Shown here: positions 10,792 to 22,013 of the stretch, in pieces
How the letters are laid out: the number at the start of each line of letters is the position of its first letter
Position numbering within the stretch: the first letter of the stretch is position 1
Source of the DNA: Octopus bimaculoides
Taxonomy: Eukaryota
Assembly: GCF_001194135.2 (NCBI RefSeq)
Contig: NC_069005.1
Span: 2,109,461-2,146,534, forward strand
Direction of reading: 5' to 3'
DNA length: 37,074 nt
Notes under the pieces: model-generated
Database searches by the model: none
Seen by the model: the letters and a program-made list of their open reading frames with translations, nothing else
What the model was told of the DNA's origin: nothing
Made by a program: the position numbers and the translations under genes

Positions 10792-10980
10792 TACGAGGTT
10801 TGATCAATAAGTATCCGGACTGTTACCATAGGAACGAAACGAATGCACGCAGAGTAAAACCGCTTGGCATAGATTGACCTTGAACTCTGCTGTGCATGCG
10901 CACAACGTTTTGACATCCTAGCTCACTTTCGCTGTTTATGGCAGTGCTTGGAAGGAAGGTGTGTAACGTGCGATCGTCAC
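10792..10980 (+). mobile_element. Mariner-type DNA transposon terminus (solo end)
   Basis: Starts TA-CGAGGTTTGATCAATAAGTATCCGGAC, the TACGAGG..TCAA.AAGT pattern of mariner TIRs. No partner TIR was found in the window. Confidence 0.65.
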
Positions 10981-11011
10981 ACGTGTATGTGTGTGTATAT
11001 ATATGTATGTA

Positions 11012-11207
11012 TGTGTTTGTCCCCCACCATCGCTTGCAACTGATGTTGGTGTGTTTACGTTCCCGTCAAATAACGGTTCGGCAAAACAGTCCGATAAAAT
11101 AAGTACTAGGCTTACAAAGAATAAGTGCTAGGGTCGATTTATTCGACTAAAGGTGTTGCTCCATCATAGCCGCAGTTAAATGACCGAAACAAGCAAAAGA
11201 ATGAAAG
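11012..11207 (+). mobile_element. SINE family A, 3' tail module only
   Basis: TTTGTCCCCCACCATCGCTTG...AAGTACTAGGCTTACAAAGAATAAG...GGCCGCAGT-like...GAAACAAGCAAAAGA, preceded by a (TG/TA) tract. Confidence 0.88.
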
Positions 11208-11748
11208 AGTATATATNNNNNNNNNNNNNNNNNNNNNNNNNNNNNNNNNNNNNNNNNNNNNNNNNNNNNNNNNNNNNNNNNNNNNNNNNNNNNNNNNNNN
11301 NNNNNNNNNNNNNNNNNNNNNNNNNNNNNNNNNNNNNNNNNNNNNNNNNNNNNNNNNNNNNNNNNNNNNNNNNNNNNNNNNNNNNNNNNNNNNNNNNNNN
11401 NNNNNNNNNNNNNNNNNNNNNNNNNNNNNNNNNNNNNNNNNNNNNNNNNNNNNNNNNNNNNNNNNNNNNNNNNNNNNNNNNNNNNNNNNNNNNNNNNNNN
11501 NNNNNNNNNNNNNNNNNNNNNNNNNNNNNNNNNNNNNNNNNNNNNNNNNNNNNNNNNNNNNNNNNNNNNNNNNNNNNNNNNNNNNNNNNNNNNNNNNNNN
11601 NNNNNNNNTATATATATATACATATATACATACACACACTTATACATATATATATAAAGTAGAGTTTACTCATTATAAAGTACTCCTCCGAGTTGCCGTA
11701 TTTAGAGTACTCTCTGAAACTGCTGACTAAATGTACTGCAGTGAGAAA

Positions 11749-11799
<51 letters not shown>

Positions 11800-11966
11800 G
11801 TTATCATTATCGTTTTTGTTGCTCTGTTGTAATAGTAAATGTGGTTGTTATGTTTTTTTAAAATTTTGTTTCGTTTTCGTGACTGCAGTCGTTAACGTCT
11901 ATGCTAGACAACATAAACACCGCAGTATGTTTATTTTTGCTTTTAATCAATGATCTAATTTAATTA

Positions 11967-12002
<36 letters not shown>

Positions 12003-12441
12003 TATACTTAAAAAAATGTATAACTATAATTAAAACACACAAAAGCGAAAGAGAGAGAGGGGCTTGGAGGGAAGAGGAGACTTGGCGGGAACGCGAGACG
12101 ACAATATGGCGGGCATTTAGTAGATTATTGCAAAGGGAGTAGATTGGACGATGCGTTTATGTGAAGAGATCTAAGGCAATAGGGATGGGTGAGTGACACA
12201 GGGTTCGGGTGAAGAGGTGAAAATAAGGAGTTAGGAGATTTACTGATTGATAATTAGCTTATAAGAAAGGGGAGATCTGTGGGCTGGTATGTTGAAAGAA
12301 ATGGCTGCCCTCTGGTGACTCGTGCTTGCTTCAGCGTGTGTCCTGTGGAGTTGTTGCCATAGAAATACCGGAGCGTGTGTGTGTGCGAATGTGCCTATAT
12401 ATATATGTGTGTATGTGTGTGTGTGTGTGTGTGTGTGTATA

Positions 12442-12623
12442 GCATATATATATGTATGTATATAATAGTATAAAGGGATTTTTCATCTTTATCCAGGTAT
12501 TACAATTACAAATAAGCTCTATATGTTTCTCACTGTCCATACTTGCTTTTGTATGTACACATTAAGTATGTATGTATACATCAATCTTAAACCTGCAGCA
12601 TAATACAGATTTGCAGTGTATAT
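12442..12623 (+). repeat. Direct repeat A, left copy (partner at 14714-14898)
   Basis: About 183 bp, near-identical to 14714-14898 with a few substitutions and one 3-bp indel. Confidence 0.95.
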
Positions 12624-13064
12624 NNNNNNNNNNNNNNNNNNNNNNNNNNNNNNNNNNNNNNNNNNNNNNNNNNNNNNNNNNNNNNNNNNNNNNNNNNNNN
12701 NNNNNNNNNNNNNNNNNNNNNNNNNNNNNNNNNNNNNNNNNNNNNNNNNNNNNNNNNNNNNNNNNNNNNNNNNNNNNNNNNNNNNNNNNNNNNNNNNNNN
12801 NNNNNNNNNNNNNNNNNNNNNNNNNNNNNNNNNNNNNNNNNNNNNNNNNNNNNNNNNNNNNNNNNNNNNNNNNNNNNNNNNNNNNNNNNNNNNNNNNNNN
12901 NNNNNNNNNNNNNNNNNNNNNNNNNNNNNNNNNNNNNNNNNNNNNNNNNNNNNNNNNNNNNNNNNNNNNNNNNNNNNNNNNNNNNNNNNNNNNNNNNNNN
13001 NNNNNNNNNNNNNNNNNNNNNNNNNNNNNNNNNNNNNNNNNNNNNNNNNNNNNNNNNNNNNNNN

Positions 13065-13098
<34 letters not shown>

Positions 13099-13100
<2 letters not shown>

Positions 13101-13801
13101 GTGGCATCTATTATCGCATCTCTAAATAGAAGCAAGTTAAATAAAATAGAGCAATGCGAACGGCCCTGCAATGGAAACCCCGGCTCTGGGAAGATTGGGT
13201 ATAATACAAAAAAGACTAGTGAGACCAGCTCTTCGCTCCCTCCTGTGGTATCGAACCCTGGTAATGGGAGAAGTGAAAATGCGGATGTGGGAAACTTAAC
13301 AAGGACTGTTGCTGGTAATCGAAATAAGATTAGGGCTGGCCCAGATAAAGTTTGCAATTGTAGGAATTATGTCAATTATGTCCTCTTGACGGGTTCTGTC
13401 TGAGCACAAATGTAATATATAAATGCGTTGTCAGGGATGAGGACATTTCAAATAAGTTCTATGTAGGAAGTACGATAGATTTTAAAGCAAGATATAGAGC
13501 ACATTTGAGTTCATTTTCAAATGAAAAGTATTGCAACTCCACAACACTCGCATCCCATGTACACGACCTTAAGAAGAAAAATAAGAAATACTCTCTTGAA
13601 GGGTCGACTCTATCGAGAACCCCTTTTTTTAGAGCAAATATTAGCAAATGTCTATTGTGTATTAGGGAATCCCTCACTATACTTAGGTTGTTTGTGCCGA
13701 AAGCATTAAATAAATTCACTGAAGTAATCCCCTTCTGCAATCATAGGTTTTCCTCCATTTTCTTGAAGGAATATAGAAATGAAAATAAAAATAGAAAATA
13801 G
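13099..13801 (+). pseudogene. PLE linker plus GIY-YIG endonuclease domain, one frameshift near 13378
   Basis: Joining two frames gives ASIIASLNRSKL...KVCNCRNYVN/CPLDGFCLSTNVIYKCVVRDEDISNKFYVGSTIDFKARYRAHLSSFSNEKYCNSTTLASHVHDLKKKNKKYSLEGSTLSRTPFFRANISKCLLCIRESLTILRLFVPKALNKFTEVIPFCNHR. This has VIY..YVG (GIY-YIG), catalytic R and E, LNK, and CxxC/CxH motifs. Confidence 0.92.
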
Positions 13802-13847
13802 AAATATAAATAAGATTATTTGTCTGCGTTAGGGTGATTTGAAACCT

Positions 13848-14097
13848 GGATGATTACATCAGTTACTACAGCCAATTTGAATTTTCTTTTTTTATTCATG
13901 ACGTAGACTAGTTTTTCCCGCTTGACTATATAAGCCTGTCATAGACAAAAAAATAATTTCTTTTGCGTGTCTTGATGTTTGTTTGTAATTGTTACCCTCA
14001 GGAAGGGGGTCATCACCGGATTGCACTACGATGTGTATGGACTACGGTGGTGAACCCTTGAAATGGCCATAGGTGCTTGTGTGTATTTTAACCTATG
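13848..14097 (+). repeat. PLE pseudo-LTR copy 1
   Basis: 250-bp direct repeat of 14468-14714 (offset 620 bp). Confidence 0.95.
13993..14075 (+). ncRNA. Minimal type I hammerhead ribozyme, G5C core mutant
   Basis: ACC-CUCAGGA-[15-bp stem II 14004-14018/14045-14059, one mismatch]-GAAA-U-GGCC-AUA-GGU. Stem III is palindromic (UGGCCA), the triplet is AUA, and stem I is ACC/GGU plus a U-G pair. Confidence 0.75.
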
Positions 14098-14467
14098 TTT
14101 TTGACCAGTGGTTTTTATGAACTTTTGTAAGTTTGGTGGGGTGGGCAGAAACGGATTTTACCTATGGAAGTCTGCTGTTATTACGTGTGTCTTGAGGTAA
14201 GTACAGGACTTTCTAATGTAACTTTAAATGATGTTAAATTATTTTAAAGTTTTTTTGTCGTTTTAAAGTTTTGACATCAGATATAGTATTTCAGCCGATA
14301 GACTATAATAGTATTTTATTTTACTTCATTTCATCTTATTCTATTTTGCTTTATTTGCCTATTTTGAATTTTTAATCGCTTAATTTTATTCGAATTGGAA
14401 TTATAGAAAGATATATATGTATTGTGTTATATTTTAAACTCAAATTTGATTTATTTGTATATTATTA

Positions 14468-14714
14468 GGATGATTACATCAGTTACTACAGCCAATTTGA
14501 ATTTTTTTTATATATTCATGACGTGGACTAGTTTTTCCCGCTTGACTATATAAGCCTGTCATAGACAAAAAAAAAAAAAAAATTCTTTTGCGTGTCTTGA
14601 TGTTTGTTTGTAATTGTTACCTTGAGGAGGGGGTGTCATGAACTACGACGTGTATGGACTACGGTGGTGAACCCTTCAAATGGCCATAGGTGCTTGTGTG
14701 TATTTTAACCTATG
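14468..14714 (+). repeat. PLE pseudo-LTR copy 2
   Basis: Direct repeat of 13848-14097. Differences cluster in the hammerhead core/stem II and in a poly-A length. Confidence 0.95.
14618..14692 (+). ncRNA. Minimal type I hammerhead ribozyme, degenerate (C3U, G12C, disrupted stem II)
   Basis: ACC-UUGAGGA-GGGGG...CCCUU-CAAA-UGGCC-AUA-GGU; paralogue of 13993-14075. Confidence 0.65.
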
Positions 14715-14898
14715 CATATATATGTGTATGTATATAATAGTATAAAGAGATTTTTCATCTTTATCCAGGTATTACAATTACAAACGAGCTCTATATTATG
14801 TTTCTCACTGTCCATGCTTGCTTTTGTATGTACACATTAAGTATGTATGTATACATCAATCTTAAACCTGCAGCATAATACAGATTTGCAGTGTATAT
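14714..14898 (+). repeat. Direct repeat A, right copy
   Basis: Begins exactly where pseudo-LTR2 ends and matches 12442-12623. Confidence 0.95.
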
Positions 14899-15005
14899 AT
14901 GTGTGTATACATACATACATAGATCGCTGACCACTACACATATTTTTTTCTCTCCTTGTTTCTTTCTGTGTTCCTTTCTCTCCTTGTTTCTTTCTGTGTT
15001 CTTTG

Positions 15006-15036
<31 letters not shown>

Positions 15037-15040
15037 TAAC

Positions 15041-15130
15041 CCTGGGGAAGTGTCTTCTACTGTAGCCTCGGGACGACCAAAGCCTTGTGAGTGGATTTGG
15101 CAGATGGAAACTTAAAGAAGCCCATTGTAT
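15041..15130 (+). mobile_element. SINE family A, head fragment running into (TA)n and a gap
   Basis: AAGTGTCTTCTACTGTAGCCTCGGGACGACCAAAGCCTTGTGAGTGGATTTGGCAGATGGAAACTTAAAGAAGCCC. Confidence 0.9.
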
Positions 15131-16544
15131 ATATATATATATATNNNNNNNNNNNNNNNNNNNNNNNNNNNNNNNNNNNNNNNNNNNNNNNNNNNNNNNN
15201 NNNNNNNNNNNNNNNNNNNNNNNNNNNNNNNNNNNNNNNNNNNNNNNNNNNNNNNNNNNNNNNNNNNNNNNNNNNNNNNNNNNNNNNNNNNNNNNNNNNN
15301 NNNNNNNNNNNNNNNNNNNNNNNNNNNNNNNNNNNNNNNNNNNNNNNNNNNNNNNNNNNNNNNNNNNNNNNNNNNNNNNNNNNNNNNNNNNNNNNNNNNN
15401 NNNNNNNNNNNNNNNNNNNNNNNNNNNNNNNNNNNNNNNNNNNNNNNNNNNNNNNNNNNNNNNNNNNNNNNNNNNNNNNNNNNNNNNNNNNNNNNNNNNN
15501 NNNNNNNNNNNNNNNNNNNNNNNNNNNNNNNNNNNNNNNNNNNNNNNNNNNNNNNNNNNNNNNNNNNNNNNNNNNNNNNNNNNNNNNNNNNNNNNNNNNN
15601 NNNNNNNNNNNNNNNNNNNNNNNNNNNNNNNNNNNNNNNNNNNNNNNNNNNNNNNNNNNNNNNNNNNNNNNNNNNNNNNNNNNNNNNNNNNNNNNNNNNN
15701 NNNNNNNNNNNNNNNNNNNNNNNNNNNNNNNNNNNNNNNNNNNNNNNNNNNNNNNNNNNNNNNNNNNNNNNNNNNNNNNNNNNNNNNNNNNNNNNNNNNN
15801 NNNNNNNNNNNNNNNNNNNNNNNNNNNNNNNNNNNNNNNNNNNNNNNNNNNNNNNNNNNNNNNNNNNNNNNNNNNNNATATATATATATATATACACACA
15901 TTCTCGCTAAAATCGAAAAGATTACGTTGAATTGTTCCAGGTTTCTTTACGTATTTCATTGCGTAAAATATATTTATATATTCATCTATTAAAGATCAGC
16001 ATCTTTCACCATTGGCCAACGGTACCTCAATGCCAGACGAAGCATAATTCTTGTCTAAATTTGTAAAAGAAATTGAGGCTTCACGGAAAGAAAAACAAAA
16101 AACACGGAAAAGCAAAAACGAAAACAATAAAACTCGTGCAACTTCGCCTGGAGCTAAAGGCAGACACAAAGATCCTTGCGAATCAACATTAGGGTAATAA
16201 TAAGAACCCTAGAAATATTTGAAGGAGAATTAGTGTTAGTGGGTATCTAGGAAGTTTGTGAGGGCAATTGATGAAATCTAACAAGATATTAAGTATCAAT
16301 AGACGGTCATGAACCGGATGCCCCAGGGTGGTTTTCAGCGAACGACAATCAGAGTAATATATATATACGCGTACACATAGTGTTATCTTAAGAAAAGAAA
16401 GGTTCGCTGGTTATTTCTGAAATAATAGAAGATGGGGAGAGTCAGGAACTCAGAATACAACCAATTTTAATTGGGGGAAATATTAACTTTCGATGTTGAT
16501 ACCGCTTCAGTCGCATTATTTATTTGTGTGTGTGTGTGTGTATG

Positions 16545-16590
<46 letters not shown>

Positions 16591-16602
16591 TCTGCGGTTG
16601 GT

Positions 16603-16822
16603 TATTAATCTTTTCTACACTAGGCACAAGGCTAGAAATTTTTGAGGAGGGGCCAGTCAATTAGATCGAAACCAGTACGCAACTGGTACTTAATTTATCG
16701 ACCCTCAAAGGATGAAAGGCAAAGCTGACCTCGGCGGAATTTGAACTCAGAACGTAAAGACAGACGAAATACCGCTAAGCATTTCGCCCGATGTGCTAAC
16801 GTTTCTGCCTGCAAGGTGCCTT
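16603..16822 (-). mobile_element. SINE family B, full length
   Basis: Colinear with 22305-22523 over about 220 bp. It has a B-box-like GAGTTCAAATTCC and a central GCTTTGCCTTTCATCCTTTGAGGGTCGATAAATTAAGTACCAG domain. Confidence 0.92.
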
Positions 16823-17297
16823 GCGATTACTTATTAATAAAAATGGTAAAAATGGCTCCAAAATGTATTTTTCTTGAAGAAGATTATAGGGTGTTAGTGC
16901 AGAGTTTGATGTAAAGGATTTTCTGTCTCGTTTTACGTGGGTCTTTTGCTAATAAGTCAATTCGTTCTATGGTCCGTAAGTATTTGTGTCGTCATAGAAT
17001 ATACCAGCCGTAGTCAAACTGCAGCTCGCAGGGCGTTCGTCTTTTAGTAGAGCGACCCATCTGATGATGAGCCATGTCACATGCAACACGTTATTGACAG
17101 AAAGGTGGCCAGTTTCTGTGTGTTTTGAGCATTCGGTACAAAGCAACAGCTAAAGAGGGAAAATGCAGCTTTCCCCTACACTCACCCTACGCGTGCATAC
17201 ACGTGTTTTGCGAGCCCTTTTTTATTCTGAAACGATATCGGTGCTTGGCTTCAGTGGTGTTCCTCATTCCATCATTTTATTAAAAAATATTTTTTTA

Positions 17298-17506
17298 AAT
17301 CTTTTACTTGTTTGAGTCATTGGAGTGCGGCCATGCTGGGGCACCACTTTAAAGAAATTTTAGTCCTGCAAATCGATCTCTTTATTCTATCGATCTCTTT
17401 ATTCTATCGATCTCTTTATTCTATCGATCTCTTTTCGCCAAATTCCTAAGTTACGGGGACGTAAACACATCAGCACCAGTTGTCAGTGGTGGGAGGGGGG
17501 ACAAAC
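17298..17506 (-). mobile_element. SINE family A tail module with an internal 17-bp tandem expansion
   Basis: Matches the other tail copies; ATCGATCTCTTTATTCT is repeated about 3.7 times at 17372-17434. Confidence 0.88.
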
Positions 17507-17754
17507 ATCGTAATTAAAATAAAAATTATTTAGGTATTTTCTTTCACCCCCCACCTTTGCCTTCCCAACCTCTCTTACTAATGGCGTTTCCCTGTTTTCT
17601 TGCTATAATTTAGCGGAGATACCATTTTTTTAAAGACAAAAAAGGACTCTGATAAAAAGAGATTTAGCTGCTATTTCTAGCGCACCAAGCGAACAGCTAT
17701 AAAGTCTTTTCGTTGGTGTGCCAATGTGGGTGATGGGTGTTGCTGTCCTTCGCT

Positions 17755-18147
17755 TTTAGACTGTGGCCATGCTGGGGCACCGTCTTGAAGAATTTTTAGT
17801 CGAATGAATTGACCTCAGTACTTATCTCTTGTTAAACCTGGTACTTATTCTATCGGCCCTCTTTGCCAAACTGCTAAATTACGGGGACGTAAACACACCA
17901 ACAGCAGTTACCACGCGATGGTGGGCGACAAAAACACAGACGCAAACACACACACACACACATATACATACATACATACACATAAAAGGTTTCTTTCAGT
18001 TTCTGTCTACCAAATCTACCGACAAAGCTTTGGCAGACCTGTGGCTATAGTAGAAGACACTTTCCCAATATGTCCCCGCAGTGGGACTGAACCCGGAACC
18101 ATGTGATTGGGAAGCAAGCTGCTTACCACAACAGCCACGCCTGCGCA
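17755..18147 (-). mobile_element. SINE family A, complete copy
   Basis: Head 17990-18147 (GCGCAGGCGTGGCTGT..GGTAAG..GCTTGCTTCCCAATCACATGGTTCCGGGTTCAGTCCCACTGCG), a (ATGT)/(GT) spacer, and tail 17755-17940. Confidence 0.92.
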
Positions 18148-19210
18148 TGTCGTTGGCACGGTCGTTGTTCTTGCTGTGATGGTTATCATTGTTGCTACTG
18201 TTCATGTTGCCATTGTTGTTGTTGTCGATGATGATGATGATGTCTCGCTCTTAGTCCGCACTGGTTGAGCAAACAACATGCATTTCAAACACATAACTAA
18301 TCCAGACCCAACCAATCGATGTTTTATCTCTCCATAAGACTAGATACGTCTCTCCGTTTCCAAGTCGAGTAAGGAACGACGTAAGACGAGGCATCGGCGT
18401 CTCAGGTGATTCTACCTGAAGTTCACTTGTTCCTTGGTGAGCAAAGCGTTCTCGGTGCGATCATTAGTGAGGTGGCGAGTGATATTATGACACGGTTATG
18501 GTCGTTGATGGTGTGTTAAATAGGGGTGGCACTGTACGCTGTGAGTGTAAAAATTGCTGTGGTGGCGCTGGTGTGACAATGGAAATAGCTTTACAAGACG
18601 TGTAGTAAGTATATATATNNNNNNNNNNNNNNNNNNNNNNNNNNNNNNNNNNNNNNNNNNNNNNNNNNNNNNNNNNNNNNNNNNNNNNNNNNNNNNNNNN
18701 NNNNNNNNNNNNNNNNNNNNNNNNNNNNNNNNNNNNNNNNNNNNNNNNNNNNNNNNNNNNNNNNNNNNNNNNNNNNNNNNNNNNNNNNNNNNNNNNNNNN
18801 NNNNNNNNNNNNNNNNNNNNNNNNNNNNNNNNNNNNNNNNNNNNNNNNNNNNNNNNNNNNNNNNNNNNNNNNNNNNNNNNNNNNNNNNNNNNNNNNNNNN
18901 NNNNNNNNNNNNNNNNNNNNNNNNNNNNNNNNNNNNNNNNNNNNNNNNNNNNNNNNNNNNNNNNNNNNNNNNNNNNNNNNNNNNNNNNNNNNNNNNNNNN
19001 NNNNNNNNNNNNNNNNNNNNNNNNNNNNNNNNNNNNNNNNNNNNNNNNNNNNNNNNNNNNNNNNNNNNNNNNNNNNNNNNNNNNNNNNNNNNNNNNNNNN
19101 NNNNNNNNNNNNNNNNNNNNNNNNNNNNNNNNNNNNNNNNNNNNNNNNNNNNNNNNNNNNNNNNNNNNNNNNNNNNNNNTATATATATATATATATATAT
19201 ATCTATATAC

Positions 19211-19254
<44 letters not shown>

Positions 19255-19401
19255 CTATATACATATATATATATATATGTATATATATATACACATATAT
19301 GTATATGAAAATGTGTAAATAATCTAAATCGACCCCTTTTCATTTCCTTCCTTATTTTTCACACTTGTGTGTTTAATATAACTCACAACCAGTAACCCAC
19401 G

Positions 19402-19434
<33 letters not shown>

Positions 19435-19447
19435 NNNNNNNNNNACG

Positions 19448-19484
<37 letters not shown>

Positions 19485-20257
19485 GCGGGCGCGTAAGCGT
19501 TTGTGTGTGAGAATATAAAGTGAATAAGTTACCGTTTCTTGCGCATACATTAAAATAAATATAACAATTTTATGTCATTATCCATAATTAATTGGGTGAT
19601 GGTAATTCCATATACGTGTTATGGCATTCACGAATTTCATTCACTAAACACACACACACACAGACACGTATATATATATATATATTATATTTGTACGTAC
19701 GTACGTATGTATGTAAGTATATATGTGTGTATGTGTGTTTAAAAAGGGTTTGAATATTGTATGACGTCATTGTAATGACGACCGAACCACCATTCCCTTT
19801 CTCTAATAGGCTCAATTAACAGAAGTTAAAATTATTTCTGTTCCTTGACATCTTCGGTTTTATAGCGAATATCAATAAACGGAGAGACAAGATTTTCGAT
19901 AATCTACACCACACGCGCACATTATTGTCATATATGTATATATGCTATATATAATANNNNNNNNNNTAAATAAATATATATGTATATACATGTCATTTAT
20001 ATATATATATATTCAGATATATACGTACATATCTATGTGTGTATACATATAGAAACTATTGCATTATAATGTCATATTTGCACGTATATGTGTGTATATA
20101 TGTATAAATATATATGCATATTTACATATAGGCATATACTTGTATGTAACTACATGCACACACACACACAGAGACGTGTGTGTGTGTGTGTCTACGCATG
20201 TGGTGGAAAACTAGGAGTATATATACATATTATGATTATGTGATTAAACAATTATAT

Positions 20258-20323
<66 letters not shown>

Positions 20324-20583
20324 ATATTTTTAGGTGTGTATGAAAACATACACATTCATATTGTTTATTTAGAAACATGTTTAATGTAATTGCATTTATG
20401 TAATTACCCATATACACCTCTGGACACGTATGTGTGTATATGTGCAAGTGCGTGTTGAGAATTATACACGCATATTCTACATACGGAAGTGCGTGTACAC
20501 GTATTTGTATGTGCATATATTCTACCTAATTACTTACACTTCGTATGAATGTGTCCATAGTTCACTCTTACACGCATAATGGC

Positions 20584-20639
<56 letters not shown>

Positions 20640-21815
20640 AAATATTTGTGTATGTATATGCATCCTTTATATCTGTATATATACATCTATAAATTTGTAT
20701 ACATATTTATATATATGTATATATATTTATACACACACATGCATATATATAGACATGCATACACATATGCATATATATATAGGTATGTATACCCTGTGTA
20801 TATACTTATATTCTCATATATACTGATATATAATATACGCGCGGTGCAAGCACAATGAACACGTGTGTGTGTGCGTGTGTGTGTGTGTGTAATTAAGAAT
20901 AATCTATATTACTTTTTTGCACTTGTTTAATGCGTTTATGTGCGCATTTATATATATATATATATTCATATACATACATGCATACATATATANNNNNNNN
21001 NNNNNNNNNNNNNNNNNNNNNNNNNNNNNNNNNNNNNNNNNNNNNNNNNNNNNNNNNNNNNNNNNNNNNNNNNNNNNNNNNNNNNNNNNNNNNNNNNNNN
21101 NNNNNNNNNNNNNNNNNNNNNNNNNNNNNNNNNNNNNNNNNNNNNNNNNNNNNNNNNNNNNNNNNNNNNNNNNNNNNNNNNNNNNNNNNNNNNNNNNNNN
21201 NNNNNNNNNNNNNNNNNNNNNNNNNNNNNNNNNNNNNNNNNNNNNNNNNNNNNNNNNNNNNNNNNNNNNNNNNNNNNNNNNNNNNNNNNNNNNNNNNNNN
21301 NNNNNNNNNNNNNNNNNNNNNNNNNNNNNNNNNNNNNNNNNNNNNNNNNNATATATATATATATGCACACACATAGACACACACGCACACACACACATAT
21401 TAATTGTTGTATGTTTGTTTTTTCCCTTTATATTCCGCGAAAAACACTGAAGTCAATTTGGAAACGAAAATGAAAGTAACCTCGCAATGAATCAGAAGCT
21501 ATTAAAATCCCGTCTGGCCATTGTAGGCAGCGTGTACTTATCAAGAAGCAGGGAAGGTGGACCCCGTTCCGCTTCTGACGTAGATGAGTGCAGAATAAAG
21601 ATTCATTTAATGAAAAATTGTTTGAAACAAATCCAAAACCAACTTGAAGAGCTCTTCCTTAAGACAAACAGGAATTGTATTATGAAACAGAAGCCAAAAT
21701 AATCCAGATTTCTTTATGTATTTCATTAGGAGATATTTCGGTTTCTGTAGAGAAAGGCAAAAACTTCATATCCGCATAATTGTGACAAAGATTGGGTGTT
21801 CTGCGCATGTGCAGA

Positions 21816-21852
<37 letters not shown>

Positions 21853-21973
21853 AATGGTTATTGTTTGTACTTACAATGTGTGGAGTATATATATATATAT
21901 ATATATATATAGGTGCCCTTGTATTTGTGAGTCTGTTTATCTAAGTATATGTATGTATGGGTGTATGCGTGTG

Positions 21974-22013
<40 letters not shown>

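Larger units (their letters stand above)
13099..14714 (+). mobile_element. 5'-truncated Penelope-like retroelement: GIY-YIG endonuclease plus two tandem pseudo-LTRs
   Basis: Endonuclease coding region 13099-13801, pseudo-LTR1 13848-14097, spacer 14098-14467, pseudo-LTR2 14468-14714. Each pseudo-LTR has a TATATAAG box and a hammerhead motif. Confidence 0.9.

Noticed and set aside
13801-14000. Possible SECIS element in the PLE 3' region (ATGAC...GTCAT hairpin)
   Set aside because: The ATGA pairs Watson-Crick rather than forming a GA/GA quartet, and no in-frame TGA exists in the endonuclease.
19399-19480. ACGAA(CA)n duplicated across an 11-N gap
   Set aside because: Same overlap-type assembly artefact.
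21487-21702. 71-aa ORF / possible small exons
   Set aside because: Weak splice sites and no recognisable homology.
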